A stretch of 63,859 bases of DNA, filler included, from Basidiobolus ranarum (lineage: Eukaryota): NCBI GenBank assembly GCA_040143965.1. It is 7 parts of 7 records of this genome, joined end to end, with 100 filler letters (N's around TTAATTAATTAA, not from the genome) between each part and the next. Parts side by side here need not be neighbours in the genome. Positions count along the whole stretch, not along the records: positions 9,155 to 18,202 come from JASJQH010007754.1; positions 18,303 to 27,342 come from JASJQH010007755.1; positions 27,443 to 36,478 come from JASJQH010007756.1; 4 more parts are not named here. The stretch is one strand, 5' to 3'. Under the pieces are notes generated by a model that saw nothing but the letters and a program-made list of their open reading frames with translations, was not told the DNA's origin and searched no databases. Numbering within the stretch: position 1 is the stretch's first letter; every line of letters starts with the position of its first letter. The position numbers were made by a program, and so were the translations under genes. Positions 16,007 through 28,352 of the stretch are shown here, piece by piece.

Positions 16007-17319
16007 ATGGGTTGTTGTGTCAGTCAAGAAGAACACGATGAACGTCGAAACAACGACGAGAGCGAAAACCAGCTTCGTAAAGATAAATTATCGCAGAAGA
16101 ACGAGGTCAAGATGTTACTGCTTGGTAAGGAAAAAGGGAATATGCTTCGTCCAGTATAGATCTTGATTTTAACTTACTTGTGAAATGTCAGGTGCTGGTG
16201 AATCCGGAAAAAGTACCATATTAAAGCAGATGAAACTAATCCACCAAGATGGCTATAGCAGGGATGAGCGTGAATCCTTCAAGGAGATCATCTTTTCCAA
16301 TGCTGTGCAGTCTATGCGTGTGATTTTGGAGGCCATGGAGGAGATGGACATCTCGCTCGCTAATGCGAACAATTCCGAACATGTCAATACCATTTTTGAG
16401 CATCCTTATCAATTTGAGGGTGAAGTGCTCCCTACCAACATTAGCCAGGCTGTAAAGACCCTGTGGCAAGATGAGGGCGTGCTTGAGTGCTTCCAGCGCT
16501 CTAGAGAGTTCCAATTAAACGACTCAGCCAAATAGTAAGTAGAATTCAGTATGATTGCCTGCTTATAGAGAAGTACCTGTTACTGACATCCACTCAGTTA
16601 TTTCGATGCTATAGATAGAATTGCCCAGTCCGATTACATACCTACTGATCAAGATGTTCTTCGGTCTCGGATTAAGACGACTGGAATCACCGAAACGGTA
16701 TTTCATGTTGGTGACCTTACTTACCGCATGCTGGATGTGGGGGGTCAGCGCTCCGAGCGTAAGAAGTGGATTCATTGTTTCGAGAATGTTACCGCCATTG
16801 TATTCATGGTGGCGATTAGCGAGTATGATCAGACCTTGATCGAGGATGAGTCAGTGGTATGTTTAATTTGTCAAGTTCTGCAGTACTTTAGTCTAGCTAC
16901 TCACCCCTTTCCCGTCTTTAGAACAGGATGCACGAGGCTCTTACATTGTTCGATTCCATCTGCAACTCTCGGTGGTTCGTCAAGACCTCCATCATACTTT
17001 TCCTTAACAAGATAGATTTGTTCAAAGTAAAATTAATCACCTCACCTATGAAGCAGTACTTCCCTGACTATCACGGTAACGTTCCTTCAGCATGTAAACG
17101 CTTCCAACACTTGTATTAATACTCAGTTTAGGTGGTAGCGACTACGAGTCGGGATGCGACTATATTCAGCAAAGATTTATGAGTCTTAATCGTTCGTACA
17201 CCAAGCAAGTGTACCCTCACTTCACCTGTGCTACTGACACCAACCAGATGAGATTTGTCATGACCGCCGTTAGTGACATTATTCTTCAGAATTGTTTACG
17301 TGATTGTGGATTGCTATGA
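16007..17319 (+). CDS. Heterotrimeric G-protein alpha subunit, fungal group I (Gi-like; FadA/GNA-1 type). Exons 16007-16124, 16192-16534, 16598-16856, 16922-17075, 17132-17319
   Basis: MGCCVS myristoylation start, [37 protein letters not shown] and C-terminal DCGLL*. All four introns are GT-AG and keep the frame. Confidence 0.97.
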
Positions 17320-18095
17320 GCATTCATTTAATACATCGAGGGATCGGGTTGTACCCTAATGCTTGTCATATCACCTCAGTCATTCTTTTCTCCCAAAATA
17401 TTCCTTTTTGTTTTAGTAACCCAATCTCTTTCTAATTTGACCTACATCCCCTTACACTCATAATATGCTTTCTCCACCATGAATGGACTGTATTCATCTG
17501 TATAGATGACATGTCTCGTAAAGATATTATTTTAGATTATCCAGTATAAATGATACAATTTCAATTCAACACTATCTTCTTTGCCCACTAAATGCTAGAG
17601 GACATCATGCATCCGAGATAACATGTTGCTAACCAGAAATATGCTTTGCTTTGCTGCCATTTCAGGTGCACCTTGAATGAGCATCATTCTACAGCGAAAT
17701 ACGTCTTCATCAAGCCACTCACGACTTTATCGAATCTAACGTACCAAACCATTCGTCTGTTGTCAGTTAATGACTGTTTACTCAATTTTTTGACGGGGAA
17801 TATGTGTTAGTTATATATATCGGTCACATGGAGTTCCCACTTGCATAGGTTTCAATTTACTCATCACACGAGTGAATTATTTGTGTGAAATTACTAAGCG
17901 TAATTAAAGCTTGACTCTAGTTGGCTTATTATTTGATTACACGTGAGAAATAGCGACTGCTCCCTGAGAACGAAGTCAAACTGGGATTTTCCAGTATCGT
18001 ATAGGATATATATCGTCGGGTTGACTTCTTTTGAAAAGATAACTTTCAACGGCATTATCTTCACTCCATATCTATCTCTATCTTCGATATTATCA

Positions 18096-18202
18096 ATGGT
18101 TCAAGGAAAGAATGTATACGTAATAGGTGTCGGTATGACCAGGTTCGAAAAACACGGAAGAAGAGAGAACTTTGACTATCCAGGTATCTGCATGAGATTT
18201 TA
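18096..18202 (+). CDS. SCP2: SCPx/SCP2-type thiolase (non-specific lipid-transfer protein), first exon only
   Basis: MVQGKNVYVIGVGMTRFEKHGRRENFDYP followed by a GT donor. Matches the SCPx thiolase N-terminus. Cut by the linker. Confidence 0.8.
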
Positions 18203-18302
18203 NNNNNNNNNNNNNNNNNNNNNNNNNNNNNNNNNNNNNNNNNNNNTTAATTAATTAANNNNNNNNNNNNNNNNNNNNNNNNNNNNNNNNNNNNNNNNNN
18301 NN
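18203..18302. other. Artificial scaffold linker
   Basis: N44-TTAATTAATTAA-N44. Confidence 0.98.
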
Positions 18303-19235
18303 CTTAATTCCATGTTTAGAGCAAAAACTAGCATATTCTTCAGAGCAGTATTCTCCACCATTATCACTCCTTAGTAGCCTTATTTTTTGTGCTGATTCTT
18401 TCTCTACCACTGCTTTGTAGTGCTTGAACCTAGCTAAGGCTTCGAATTTTGATTTGAGAATGAATACCTAAATATATCTTGGTTTGTCATCCAGAGAGGT
18501 TATAAAGTACCTTTTCCCAACCAGTGAGATATTTTTGATGGGCTCACATAGGTCAGAATGAATCAACGCAAAATTTTGAGTGAATATGATTTCTCTACAG
18601 CTTTTAAATGGCTGTCTGTGATGTCTTCCATATATGCACCTTCACATAGATCCAAGTTAGTGATATTTCCAATTTCCAAGCCTGAAACAGCTTTCCTCTG
18701 CTTCTTGTAAAAGGCAAGAATAGCTTCTGGTGGTCTCTTTTGCTCTATTTGTTCTCCTGTAACAAATCCCCAATGGTCCTTGTCTTCTAGCACCATTTGC
18801 ATCTTGAACTTCCAAAGGGGAAAGTCTTCACAATCAAACTTTGTGTGGATGCAAAAATGATGGTAATAGTTCTGGTTGACATTCCTTTGACATCTAGCTT
18901 GAGGCTCATAACCTGATATAAGTGTTCAGGGGATTTGGAAGTGGTTTGGACAAGATTTGGATATGTGAATTAGACTATGTTTTGTTGAATTGAATATGTC
19001 CTATTTGTAGCTTACTATGAAATAGAACTATTGGACTTGCTTAGATCATAACAAACATGCTGCTAAGCATGGGTGAACGTTTGAGGTGATTTGAAGAAGT
19101 TTTGAGAAAATAGTGCAAATTGGTAAAAGTGATTATTATTTCTATCAATTAGAGCAATAAACACGCATTTTTGAATGACAGAACTGTGTGCTAAATAATC
19201 AGAACATGAATAAACTAACTACTAAATAATGAGTT
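18303..19235 (-). mobile_element. Internally deleted Ty1/copia copy with 5' LTR (family B, 18914-~19235) and PBS (18901-18913)
   Basis: LTR end ..TATCA is followed by GGTTATGAGCCTC. The gag start WKFKMQMVLEDKDHWGFVTG is joined directly to integrase-region sequence. Confidence 0.85.
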
Positions 19236-19244
19236 ACCAAGTAC

Positions 19245-20970
19245 ATCATTTGAAAAGCAACATTGATCTTGCCATCTCCACTATAGTCCTATAAGTATGT
19301 TCTGCAACTCCATTTTGCTGTGGAGTATAACATACAGTAGTTTGTGCTTAATTCTATGTTTAATACAGAAGCTAATAAGGCTTGAGAGCAGTATTCTCCA
19401 CAATTATCACTTCTTAGTACCCCTCTTATATGTGCTGATTCTTTTTCTACAATTGCTTTGCAATACATGAACATAGCTAAGGCTTCAGATTTTGATTTGA
19501 GAAAGAATACCCAAGTATATCCTGTTTTGTCATGAATACAGGTTGTAAAATACCTGTTCCCTCCTAGTAAGACATTTTCATACCCACACATGGGTCAGAA
19601 TAAATCAGGGCCAGATTCTGAGTGGATTTGACCTCTGCAGGGCAGGAAAATGGCTGTCTGTGATGTTTCCCATTTATGTAACCTTTGCACAGATCCAATT
19701 TAGTGATATTTTTAATTACAATACCTGAAACAAGCTGATTCTGGATCATTTAGGTCAGTTTTTGTCCCCAATGTGGCCTAAACTTCTATGCCATGTTTAA
19801 CAGCGTGTTTCACTGGTTTTGGCAAAGTTTGCATGCTCAGAGAGCAATTTGTTGATTTCTAACTTGTATAAGTTTTGAATTTTGATCCCAGTAGCTCATT
19901 AAGTGTTATTCCAATTTGTGATAGTACATCCAGCCTTGCTGGATGCAAAATTTAGCCCTTGAGTTGTTGCTTGGCTTACCTAGAGTACATTCTTGGCTAT
20001 TTTTGGTGCGTAGAGTATATTATCCAATTTTTCTGGTTGTATTGTTGAATTTTGGTCTAAAATGATCATAACTGTGCTCTTACCAATTGCATCTAGCGCA
20101 TAGTAATCACTTAAGCAGACTTTCCTGGTTTGGATGGGTATTAAGCTGGAAAACCAGTCTTTCATATTTGACATATGCTGGGAAGCTCCTGAATCAATGT
20201 AACACTTTTCTGAGTCTTATTTAGTGGTTATTGATATAGCAGTCATAAATAGATGAACCCTATCAGTGCTTACTTGATTTGCTTGTTCCCATTTTAGCTT
20301 TTAGGCACAAATCCATTTCTGCGATCTTTGATTAAATGGCCTGGTTTCTTGCAATATTTGCAGATGATTGAAGTCTTATTAAGGGCACCATAATTGAAGC
20401 CTGTAGAATGTGTAATAGCTCCAAAAAAGCCATCTGCATTATTTTGTGGAAAATTAGATCTCCTTAATTCCTCATTCTAAAGCCTAGCACTAACACATTC
20501 CATTGTTAATGGCTGTGATCCTGATTCTAGGGCAATTGTGAGGTTCCCAAACTTGTCTGGCAGGCTCCCAAGTAGTGTCAAGACTATGTTTTCTTCATTT
20601 AGAGGTGCTCCAATTGATGAGTGCTGATCTGCTATAGTTTTTATCAAATATTTATGACTAAGCTTAGAATCATCAGAATTCATTTGAGTTGAGAATAATT
20701 TTCTCCCAAGATACAGCCTATTAACCAGACTTTTAGTCTAATATAGTCCCTCAAGTGTTCCCCTAGCATTTTTGATGGTTTTGGGTGATTGTATGAGCCT
20801 TAATTAAGAATCTCTGCAATGTGGACAAAGTGGACAGAGTGCTTGCCTCTGCTTCTTGTGAAAGGCAGGATGGCTCCTGGTGGTCCATTTGGCCCTACTT
20901 CTTCTCCTGTAACAAATGCCCCAGGGTCTTGTCTTCTAGCACCATTTGCATCTTGAACTTCCAAAGGAGA
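19245..20970 (-). mobile_element. Degenerate Ty1/copia gag-protease-integrase
   Basis: LTLLGSLPDKFGNL (gag), CKYCKKPGH (zinc knuckle), YIDSGASQHM (protease), LRSDNCGEYCS (integrase). Confidence 0.88.
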
Positions 20971-20974
20971 ATCA

Positions 20975-23665
20975 AGCACTGATAAGGATCATCTATTAGC
21001 ATCTGCCCTATCAGTAACTACTAAAAAAGAAACAGAAATATGGTCCATTTATTCAAGAGCTGCCAAACACATGTCTAATAAGAAAAATTGGTTGTCTGGC
21101 TTAAAACCCATCCAAACAAGGAAAGTCTACTTAGGTAATGACTATGTACTAGATGCAGCTGGTAAGGGCATGGTTGTGCTTAATTTGGACCAAAAATGTG
21201 GCTAAACCATCTGCTAAATTTGAAGACATACTCTACATACCAACTATAGCATAGAATCTACTCTCTGTAGGCCAAGCACCAGCTCATCAACTAAATATTG
21301 TGTTCAGAAAGGCTGGATGGACTATCACAGATCACAATCATACCGTACTAGCTACTGGAAACAAAACTCAAAACTTATACAAGCTAGAAATCAACAAATT
21401 GCACTATGACAATGCCACCTGGGCCAAAACTGGTGAAACAAGATGTCAAACGTAGCATAAAATATTTGGCCACATTAGGGAACAAAAACTGACCAAAAAT
21501 TATCCAAAATCACTTGTTTCAGGCTTGAAAATAGAATGAATCACTAAATTGGATCTGTGAGAAGGTTGCATATATGGAAATCATCTCAGACAGCTATTTT
21601 CGAGCTCTGGAGAGATCTAATATACTCATAAATTTGCCCTGATTCATTCTGATACATGAGGGCTGACAAAAAATGTCTTACTAGGTGGGAAAAGGTATCT
21701 TGTGAACTGTAATTATGACAAGACAAGATATACTTGCTTATTCTGTTTCCAATCAAAATCTGAAGCCTTAACTACTTTCAAGCACTACAAGGCAATGGTA
21801 GAGAAACCATCAGTAAAGAAATTAGGGTACTAAGGAGTGATAATGTTGGATAATACTGCTCTAAAGACTTTTCTAGTTTTTGTTCCAGACATGAAATTAA
21901 GCAACAAACTACTGTAACTTACACTCCACAGCAAAATGGAGTTGCTGAACATGCTGATAGGACCATGGTAGAGATGCCCAGCTCAATGATACATAATCAA
22001 AGGTTGGATTACCAATATTGGGCTGAATCTGTCACCACTGGAGTCTATATCAAAACACTTACCCTACAAGATTGCTACAAAATTGTACTCTTTTTGAAGC
22101 CCTATATGGAATAAAACCAAGTGTGGATCATCCCTGGAGCTTTGGTTTAACAGCATATTGCCTGATTCCAGCTCAAAAATGCTCTATATTAGAACCCAAT
22201 AGCAGAAACTACACATCTCTTGGTTACCATGATGGATCTAAGGCCTACAGACTGCTTGATATCAAAAATCAGAAGTTAATTAAGTGCATTGATGTGATTT
22301 TTGATGAAAATGCAAATGATTCATCCCAAATCACCATTCTTGATCCAGAAAATACAATTAACACAAGTCAGGAAGTGTTTAAAAAATTTCAGCTGTATCT
22401 AAGCCTAATTCCACTGAAATTCTAGCTCTAATGACATTGGAGGATGATTCTTGACCCAGAAGATCATCCAGAAGGAGAAATAACCAATGAACAGGTGGAA
22501 AACTTCCAATGATGAGCTATATGCTTAGGCATCATTCAGTGCCAAGCCACATACTATTGATCAAGCTCTGGAGTTTCCAGAACTAAAATTATGCAAAAAA
22601 GCAATGTCCAATGAGTTTTCTTTACTTGGGGACAATAAAACATAGGTTGTAAGTCCTATACCATCAGGAAGAAAGTCAATAGGTTGCAAATGGCTCTATA
22701 GAGTCAAAAACAAGTTGATTGAACTTCAGAGAGGTGCAAAATAAGATCAGTTGCAAAAGGTTGTACCCACACTACAGGAGTTAACTGTAATAAAAATATT
22801 TGCTCCAGTAGCTATGTTTAGCCCCGTCAGTTCTGTGCTAGCACTCTGGGTTGTTCATAACCTTGTTTAAGATAAAATGGATGCAACAACAGCCATTATG
22901 AATGGAAATATTGAAGATGAGATCTATATGGAGCAACCTGATGGATTTGTTGACACAAAGCACCCTTTACGGTCTGAAGACTGCAAAAATTACTGTATGT
23001 ACTAAAGCAGGCAACCAGGGAATGCCTCAACAAGATAGATATCTATTTGGGATCATTGAAGTTTGCAACATGCATAGCATATGACAGTACATTCAACCTA
23101 ACAACTAGAAACAGGATTCTTATCTTGGTACATATATATATTAGTCATCATTTTGTTAGAGAAGCAAAAGAGAAAGAAATGATTGAACTTGTCTATTGCC
23201 CTACTGAAGAAATGATTGCTGACATCTTAACCAAACCTTTAGCTAAAGCAAAATTTGAATAATTACAATATCAGTCGGGTTTTGCAAAGATACAAAATTA
23301 TTAGTTGAGTAAGAATTTAAAATTGGGTAAAGAGCAACTCATTATTTAGTAGTTAGTTTATTCATATTGAGAATTTTTAGCAATCAACTCCACCATTCAA
23401 AATTGTGTATTTATAGTCCTAATTGATAGAAATATCATTTAAATCGCTTTTACCAATTTTCCTTTTTTCTCAAAACTTCTACTAATCACCTCAAATTTCC
23501 TCACATGCTAAACAGGCATGTTTGCTACAATCTAAGCATGTCCAATAGTACCATTTCATAGTAGACTCTAAATAGAACATATTCAATTCAATAAAACCCA
23601 AGTTTCTAAACCACAAATCCATATGTTGTCCAAAACATTTCCAAATTGCCCAAACATTTTCCTCA
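20975..23665 (+). mobile_element. Degenerate Ty1/copia pol (protease-integrase-RT-RNase H, internally deleted) with 3' LTR (family B, ~23315-23665)
   Basis: YTPQQNGVAE, LGYHDGSKAYRL, IGCKW, IYMEQPDGF and YCPTEEMIADILTKPL. The LTR is the reverse complement of 6608-6959. Confidence 0.88.
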
Positions 23666-23669
23666 TATA

Positions 23670-24910
23670 TTCAATATGAAAGAGCCACACAAGATAGGAT
23701 AAAAGTTTGGATTGATTGGGAAGATATTTGAAAACATCAAGCTACCATCATATTTTACCAGGACTCCAATCAATATTCACTCATCTTGGCATTAATTTAA
23801 ATACAAAGACTACAAGTATTGGATTTGTTGATATTCAAGTGGAATCTTCGAAAGATTCCTGCCTTTTAAGTATTGGTAACATTGGGAGTTGTTTGTGAAT
23901 ATTGTCAAAATCTTCTTACATCATCAACTCATATTGGATAATATTTGTAGATACAGCAACTTTGCAAATATTTTTAATTGGATATGAAAGAACTTATTAC
24001 AGGCTTTAAACAAGATGGTCTAATTCCATCCTGGTACTCAATATGTTCCTTACAGCATCTTTCACCATATTTATAGAATATAGGTCCTTGCTTTACATTC
24101 TGGGAGTTCCAGATGATCATACCACTAGTGAAATGATGTTCCATGTGAAATTATCAGTATTACCATATGCCAATCTGATTAACAATGAATCTGCAAAATC
24201 AATGAAGGATGTAAAACAATGGGTTAAGAAGTCTTCAAATTATAATAACCTTCCAACAAAGGGCTCTCTTCCACATGCTCATGGGTTTTTGCATTGTTTG
24301 AGCACAATAATAGCAGTAAAACCCAATTGTTGAACTCAGAGTGGGTACATCCAAAATTTGGACTAAGTTGTTTGTGTAATAATTTGATGGTATTACTAGG
24401 AAAGCTGAAAGACAGACTTCTGGCAAGATAGATCAAGATACACAGTATTATTTAGTTGTTTGTTGATATCAAAAATTTCAGATGTTTAACAATTTTTCCA
24501 CTGTTAGTTTGCTTGTAAAGCATATTGATATAGTTGAGTTATGTCTGATCAGTCAAGTATTTGTAGAGACTAAACACAATAAGATTCTGGATTTTTTTGA
24601 TTCTCATTATGGCTGGAATGCAATGCCTGATATATCTAATTATAGCATGCATATTAATTCAAATTCTAACAGCAATAAGCCCAGTAATTTGCCATTCTAA
24701 AATTGGTTTTTTCCAAATATTTGTAGAAATTATATAACACATGCCAAATATGGTGGTCAATATTTCACCATGTACAGTTACCATCATAATTCTGTTAGGA
24801 GGCCACCATCTCACCATCAAGATAAGTGGCAGAATAAAAGCCACTAATATTGTAATGGTCCTCTGATTGTTTTGTGCTCCAGAAGGGTGGATCTAATTCA
24901 GATAAAATTG
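23670..24910 (+). mobile_element. CACTA/CMC fragment, same family as 1750-3130
   Basis: Colinear similarity to scaffold 1, e.g. SEMMFHVKLSVLPYANLIN vs SEMMLCVKLSVLPYANLIN. Confidence 0.8.
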
Positions 24911-24919
24911 ATTTTTTTT

Positions 24920-27075
24920 GTCAGGGCTCTTCCTTGGTATATCATCGTTCATGCAGCACCAGCCAGTATTCAACTGGAAGAATATGATTATCATGTTCAA
25001 GCAAGTTCCATCTCCTAGTCCATATTTGCAAATCTACAAAGTATTCAACTCATCATCAGCCACAAGCCTCAAAACAGCTATTAAGCCAATATCTACAGAC
25101 AATGCTGCAGAAGAGCTGAAACTAACAAAACCTAGAGTACCTCATCTCTTACCCAAATACTTAGCTTTTGCCCACATCTTTTACAAAAAGAAATCTAACA
25201 TTCTCCCGCCTCACCAACCTATGATTGCTCTACAGATCTACAAGGGCAAAACAACCACCATGTGGGCCTATGTATGAGCTGACCAGGCCAGAGCTCAGCA
25301 TTCAGGAAGAGAATATTGCCAAAAATCTGGAGAAAGAATTTATCCAAAATTCAAAATCTCCAGCTGGCTCCCCAATCTTGATTGTTGAGAAAATGGATGG
25401 ATCTCTTCATCTCCATGCTAATTATCAAGGCCTAAACTGCATTATAGTAAAAAATAAATACTCCTTGCCATTAATTAGCTTACTCTTGGATTAGCTTGCT
25501 GTAGCCAAGGTGTTTATAAATATTCATTTAAGAGATACATACAATCTTGTAAGAATCAAACCAGGAGACCAATGGAAAACTGCCCTTCAAACCTGGCATC
25601 AAAACTTCAAATACAATGTCATGCCATTTAAACCTACCAATGCTCCTGCAGTCTTTCTGCACTTGATGAATGATATCTTCGGAGAATATATTTACCAGTT
25701 TGTGGTGATCAATCTTGATAATACTTGCTGTTCTTGAACTCACCAGTAGAACATAATGGTTATGTTTCTTAAGTCCTGGAAAAGTCAAAAACCTCTGGTC
25801 TCTGTGCTACAGTTGGGAAATTTAAATTTGACAATACCCAAGTTAAATTCCTTGGATATGAAATCAGCCTACCAGGCATCTCCATGCACCCTAAGAGGGT
25901 TGAATCTGTTCTGTCTTGGGATACTCCCAAAAATGAGAAGAAAGTCCAATATTTCCTTGGATTTGCTAATTTTCACCAATGGTTTATCAAGAACTACTTC
26001 AAAATTTCTGCCCCATTAACAAACCTAACCAAAAAAGAGCGCCCATTTGACTGAATCCTAACTTGCCAAGAAGCATTTGTGATTCCTGCATTTCTAAAAT
26101 GGTAATGATACTTGGCTGGAGCAACCCACACAATTACAATCTGCTGTGATTATAAGAATGCTCAGTACTTTGGTACAACCAATGCTCTCAACTACCATCA
26201 AGCAAGGTGGTTATTGTTTCTTGCCAGTGTAGATTTTGTAATTGCATATCAACTAGGCATCAAGCAAGGAAAACCTGATGCCTTATCATGTAGAGCAGAA
26301 TATGCGACTCCAAAGGGGATGAGACCTTTGGCCAACAAAATACTTCCCTTGTGCAGCCTCACCAACTACTAATTAGTATAACTTCTACTTCTCTGCCTGC
26401 TTCAAGGACATTCCACAAAGAAGTTGGCAAACTTCCATCAGAAGGCCAATTGATAATATCTATCAAGAAAGCCAAGGATACACCCAAAGGGCTCTCAAGC
26501 TTGAACATGTGCCAACATTTTTCCATCATCAGTGATCTCTTGTGTTTTAGAAAGCACCTTAACATTCCAGACCTCATTACACACTCAAAATCATGCGCAA
26601 AAGAAATGACTAACCACTTTTAGAACACTATTCTATTGCTAAATCATTTATGTTGGTATTCAGGGATTCATGGTGGCCCAATATGTTTGCATTTGTCAAG
26701 ACTTATGTTTCCACCTGTGTTACTTGTGCTCAAGCCAAGATTCTAAGAAATCAGCATTATGGCCTCCTACAGCCACTCCCAATCCCTCATTAGCAGGGGA
26801 ATTCCATATCCCTGGACTTCCCTGCTGAACTAACCTTGTCTGCCAAATATGATCCAATTATGGTAATTATTCATTGTCCAACAAAGGCAGCTTACTAGAT
26901 GCCCTGTAACAAGTCAATTGATGCAAATCAACCAGTAGTAATGGTAATCTAGAATATTTTCCACCTACAAGGACTTATTGAAAATATCATCTTTGACCAA
27001 CAACCTCAGTTTGCTTCCAAATTTTGAAAGTTTCTCCAAGCCTTGGGTATCTCTGTCAAGCTAAGTTCTTCCCAG
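24920..27075 (+). mobile_element. Degenerate Ty3/gypsy (Tf2/chromovirus-like) pol: RT, partial RNase H, integrase
   Basis: SKSPAGSPILIVEKMDGSL, KNKYSLPLI, YNLVRIKPGDQWKTA, VMPF..TNAPAVF, QARWLLFL..GKPDALS and GLLQPLPIP. RT precedes integrase. Confidence 0.9.
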
Positions 27076-27079
27076 ATAT

Positions 27080-27342
27080 CTGCACAGTCAATACCAGACT
27101 GAATGTCAAGTTGAATGTTCTTCTTCTGAAGCCACTTTCTGCATGCTTGCACTGCATTTTTCCATTCATACTTTTGAAAATACTCCTCAAGCACATTGAC
27201 TATTTTTGTACATCCTTGTAGTGTGCCACTACTGAGGGTGCTTTGCAGTGTTTGTGTGGCTTTTTGCTTGCCTTTACCTTTGGGACCAATTTCAACACTT
27301 TGAAAAGTACTAGTTGAGGTTGGAGAGTGGTGAGTTCCATCT
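27080..27342 (-). mobile_element. Fragment of the CACTA-family 5' region (homolog of ~310-560)
   Basis: Reverse complement matches 316-555 (KNAVQACRKWLQKKNIQLDIQSG vs KNAVQVCRQWLQKKNTQLDIQSG). Confidence 0.8.
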
Positions 27343-27442
27343 NNNNNNNNNNNNNNNNNNNNNNNNNNNNNNNNNNNNNNNNNNNNTTAATTAATTAANN
27401 NNNNNNNNNNNNNNNNNNNNNNNNNNNNNNNNNNNNNNNNNN
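27343..27442. other. Artificial scaffold linker
   Basis: N44-TTAATTAATTAA-N44. Confidence 0.98.
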
Positions 27443-27525
27443 ACCTCGATGTCGACTCATCAGATCCTGGCGGTGCAAAAGCTGCCAAGGGTGCGATTGT
27501 TCATCGCGTAATCTGGTACGTGAGT
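27443..27525 (+). rRNA. rnl: Fragment of large-subunit rRNA domain V, mitochondrial type (NUMT or chimeric contig end)
   Basis: ACCTCGATGTCGACTCATC...CAAGGGT..TTGTTC..GGTACGTGAGT is peptidyl-transferase centre sequence. Stems TGGCGG/CTGCCA and GCGAT/ATCGC (A-loop) pair. Confidence 0.85.
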
Positions 27526-27617
27526 AGTGTTAACCATATCAACCTCACACTTATCATTCCTAGTTTTGACAACCAGGCCTTCTCACTACAATCAAGTCAA
27601 CTTCAACTATATTAAAT

Positions 27618-28352
27618 ATGGCTGCATTCAAATTATTCAACACTGTGTCCATCTTGGTTGCCATTCTTGCTGCCTCTCAAGTGTCATCCGCTCCTGTCCA
27701 AAATGAATCTGGTATTCATTTGACCAAGCGAGGATCATTCACCGGTGATGCTACCTACTACGATCCTGGCCTTGGTGCTTGTGAAGCTGTTTCCGGCCCT
27801 ACCGAGTTGATCGCAGCGTTGAACGCTCCACAATTTGGTACTTTTGCTAGAGCTATGAACAGCCCAGCTTGCTCCAGCTGCGCCTTGGTTCAAGGACCCA
27901 AAGGCAGTGTAAAGGTAAAGATTGTTGATAAATGCCCATCTTGCAAGCATGGTGACCTCGATTTAAGTCCAGCTGCCTTTGACAGAGTGGCTGATCAAGC
28001 ACAAGGTCGCGTCACAATCACTTGGAACTATGTATCCTGTGATGGCTCAACAACACCCAGCAAGGACACCACTACTAAGGAAACCGAAAAGCCCAAGTCT
28101 GATAAGACTGAACTGGTGAAGGATCAAAATGAGAACAAAGATAAAACTGATTCTAAGACCGAAGTTGTCAATAAGAATGACAAAACTCCTGCTGTATCAA
28201 GCAATAGCTGCAACTTCGATAGAAGATGTGTTAGTGCTGGACAAACCGGAGCTTTCGAGAGTTGCATCCATGGAAAAACTGTCCAACAATCATGTGCTCA
28301 TGGTACCGTCTGTAAAGCAGATGGTGGGGACATCACCTGTACTTGGGCTTAA
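27618..28352 (+). CDS. Secreted RlpA/DPBB (expansin/loosenin-like) protein with C-terminal CBM19-like module
   Basis: Signal peptide, KR site, GDATYYDPGLGAC, VDKCPSC..DLDLSPAAF, a K/T/D-rich linker and Cys module CIHG..CAHGTVC..C. Intronless. Confidence 0.9.
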   Translation: MAAFKLFNTVSILVAILAASQVSSAPVQNESGIHLTKRGSFTGDATYYDPGLGACEAVSGPTELIAALNAPQFGTFARAMNSPACSSCALVQGPKGSVKVKIVDKCPSCKHGDLDLSPAAFDRVADQAQGRVTITWNYVSCDGSTTPSKDTTTKETEKPKSDKTELVKDQNENKDKTDSKTEVVNKNDKTPAVSSNSCNFDRRCVSAGQTGAFESCIHGKTVQQSCAHGTVCKADGGDITCTWA

